Positions 61,501 to 64,000 of a stretch of 64,000 nucleotides of DNA are shown here, in pieces. A program made the position numbers and the translations under genes. Source of the DNA: Anaeramoeba ignava BMAN (taxonomy: Eukaryota; Protista; Anaeramoebae). The stretch spans positions 930,001 through 994,000 of the forward strand of contig JAPDFW010000063.1 in the NCBI GenBank assembly GCA_028826165.1, read 5' to 3'. The notes under the pieces are model-generated. The model did no database searches and had not been told where the DNA came from. It saw only the letters and a list, made by a program, of their open reading frames with translations. Each line of letters begins with the position of its first letter. The stretch's first letter is position 1.

Positions 61501-62406
61501 TTTGATTTTGATTTTATAAATTAATTTTAATTTTAATTTTTGATTTTTAATTTTAATTTTAATTTTAATTTTAATTTTATAAATGAATTTTGATTTTAAT
61601 TTTAATTTTAATTTTAATTTGATTTGATTTTAATTTTGATTTTAATTTGGATTTGAATTTGATTTTAATTTTGATTTTATAAATGAATTTTAATTTTATA
61701 AATGAATTTTGATTTTGATTTTGATTTTGATTTTGATTTTAATTTTAATTTAAATTTGATTTTGATTTTAATTTTAATTTTAATTTAAATTTGATTTTGA
61801 TTTTTGATATCCAACCATCTCCTTTTTGAATATGAGGTTGGTCAAGACAATGAATAATTAAAGGAAGAACATAAGCAAGAGTTTTTCCAGAACCAGTTTT
61901 AGCTATTCCATAAACATCTCTTCCTGATAAAATAGCAGGAATTGCTTGGCTCTGAATTGGAGTTGGCTCAACAATATTCATTTTTTTAAGAATATTAAGA
62001 ACTAAAGAACTAAATCCACATTGCTGAAATGACAGAACAGGTTTAGGTACATCAAATGCTGAAACCCGAATCTGCTTTTCATTTCTAATTTTTTTAACTT
62101 CTTGATCTGAAAGTGTTGCAATTTGAGGATTTTCTTGATAAAAATTTTTGTTGAACTCAAAATATTCAATTTCTGAATGGTTAACTTCATCAAGCGGAAC
62201 AACCGCTTTTTTACGTGATTTTAGATCAACAATGGGGTTGTCATCTGAGTCGAATTCAATTTCAAATTCGGATTTTTGCTGAAGAAGAAAATTTTCATTT
62301 TTTAAATGAGGTTCTAAATTAGAAATGCCAATGTCATGACCAGTAAGATGAAGATAGCTATCAATTTCATCAATTTCATCAATATCGTTTCTAATTTGCT
62401 GATAAA

Positions 62407-62439
<33 letters not shown>

Positions 62440-62686
62440 GTTTTGTTTGAATCAATTTTTTGTTTACTCAAAATTCTCTTGATTAATTTTATCAAGAAAT
62501 AATTTTTACTTTCTCTTTGTTATTTTTTTTATTTGGATCATCCTTCTCTAAGTCGTTCATAAATTTATCAAGTGCATCTTCACTTTCACTTGAGCTTTCA
62601 TTATCATTTTGATTAAAATTAGTTATTGAAGTTTGATCTTTTTCATCTTCATCAGCAAAATATTTATCTTCAAAAGAATCACTCAT
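58585..62686 (-). CDS. DDX42: DEAD-box RNA helicase DDX42 (SF3b125)-like
   Basis: [98 protein letters not shown]. Confidence 0.88.
59530..60625. repeat. Mixed hexamer array (GATTTT/GAATTT/AAATTT)n in DDX42 intron; similar array at 61155-61805
   Basis: Seen directly. Confidence 0.85.
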
Positions 62687-62847
62687 AAAAAATGAAAAGA
62701 AAAAAATGAAAAGAAAAAAAATGAAAAAAAAAAAAAAATCAAAAAGTGGATTGTTAAGTCATATTTTATTCTCCTTTAGTTTATTAATAAACTTAAGTAA
62801 ATAAAATTGAATCTAGACAATTTTTTGAACTTTTTTCATAAATTTTT

Positions 62848-64000
62848 CTATTGATTTTGTCTTCTAAATTCTAAAGGAGTATTTGCCCGTTCAAGAAAAA
62901 TTCTTGTCATAGGATCAACAGGACCAGGAGGAGTAGAAAAGATAGTCTCGCGCAAAAAAATGGACTCTCTATTTCGGATGGGAGACATTTCATAGCGAAT
63001 AAAGAGATAAAACATAAGGGAAATCTGAAAAAAAAAGCAGAGAAAACCGAATAAATAAGAAAAACCAAAAGGGAAAAGATGAACATAGAAATGCAATAAG
63101 AATTGAGAAGCGAGATGCGTTATTGAATATATCCGCATTGCGGGTTTTGTGCGAGCAAATAAAACAAGAAAAATCTCTGAGCTCCATGAGCACAAAACGA
63201 TGACCAAAGTCAAGAAAAAATCATTAACAAGCTCAGAAACAAGGAAAAGTGCACCTCCAAAGATCACGCTAAAAAGAAGACTTCTTAAGGAAAGAACAGG
63301 TGCAGGAAAGGAACTTTGTCCGTGATTGAAAAAATGGTTGAGTATCACGCCGAGAACAAGGAATAGAAGCATTTCCTGAAGAAATATCCCCATGATTTGG
63401 CTGATCACAAGGGAAATGAATAGTGATTTTGGCAAAAGCCTGAATAATAACAACGGTGTTTGAAAACCAAGCAGAATCGTGAGCAGAGTTTATCATCCTG
63501 CGAAAGGTTTGTGTGCCAGACATTCTTTTGATGATGGATAAATGATGAGGATTTTGATCCTCGCTCGAGTATTCTTGTTGTAATTCTTTTTCATTGAAAT
63601 GCCTGTCAATCTCGACTATACTTTTGAGCTCTTCTCTCATTGGCTGTCTGTAAGGTGACGAGAGGTCTTTTACAAAGGAATCATCGCCAATAACAAGATA
63701 TCCTTTTGCATCAAAATATGATTTGAAACTATTTATCACAATTGGTGGATTCAAGAATATTTTGGTGAAGATTGTGTGAATTTTTTTGCCAACAAAACAT
63801 TGCTCAGTTAACGGCACCTGGATTGTTAGCAAAGATATGTTATAGCGCTGATATTCTTCCTCTGGTATCAATAAGAACCCGGGTATTTTTGAGTAAAGAT
63901 AGGTTGTTCGCGATCCTAATAATGACATCGAATATAATTCCCCAATCAAAGGCAACAGAATTTCTTCAATTTTATTGAAGAAGTGTTGTGTCTTTGTTGC
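62848..64000 (-). CDS. TMEM259: Membralin (TMEM259)-like ER membrane protein; 5' end lies outside the window
   Basis: YSKIPGFLLIPEE..RYNI..QCF, SSFPAPVL, SELVNDFFLTLVIV..W..E, and ART..R..FY..FPFGFSYL resemble membralin motifs. The two ORFs join with a 1-nt shift near 63427-63431. The frame is open to the window edge. Confidence 0.65.

Noticed and set aside
58585-62686. Inteins in DDX42 or other conserved enzymes
   Set aside because: The spliced proteins are collinear with homologs; no Hint-type C...HN insertion was seen.
63962-63982. Inverted repeat TTCTTCAAT-TTT-ATTGAAGAA as a terminator
   Set aside because: It lies inside an open eukaryotic coding frame and is likely chance in AT-rich DNA.

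Overview
This is extremely AT-rich, intron-containing eukaryotic DNA from a protist, read in the standard genetic code. The expanded RCC1-BTB and ankyrin-BTB genes, (AAAATT)n-filled introns and TCATTTT initiator-like motifs resemble a metamonad such as Anaeramoeba (inference only). Housekeeping genes: CCT3, an SPFH/stomatin-like gene, a CH-RasGAP-PH gene, CPSF3, a ZC3H15/TMA46-like gene, ESS2, TRAPPC11, VPS35, DDX42 and a partial membralin. Most short ORFs in the supplied track are artefacts of intronic microsatellites. Highlights: (1) A ~22 kb accessory block (36.4-58.4 kb) holds six intronless RCC1-propeller + tandem-BTB genes whose variation is concentrated in equivalent blade loops and is shuffled between copies. 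The block also has an ankyrin gene with the same tandem-BTB tail, a NADAR gene at one end, and a ULP1-like/kinase-like/PARP-like triple pseudo-enzyme at the other. It is a candidate variable-receptor, Cullin-3-based intracellular defence locus. (2) A degenerate Kolobok-like DNA transposon (TTAA target duplication, GG...CC ends) sits in the ZC3H15 intron. (3) There is a ~165-bp satellite. (4) Intron grammar is unusual, with A-rich AAG acceptors and a shared AAAATTCATTTAT motif. All calls come from reading motifs by eye, with no database search; several single-base frameshifts are probably assembly errors.
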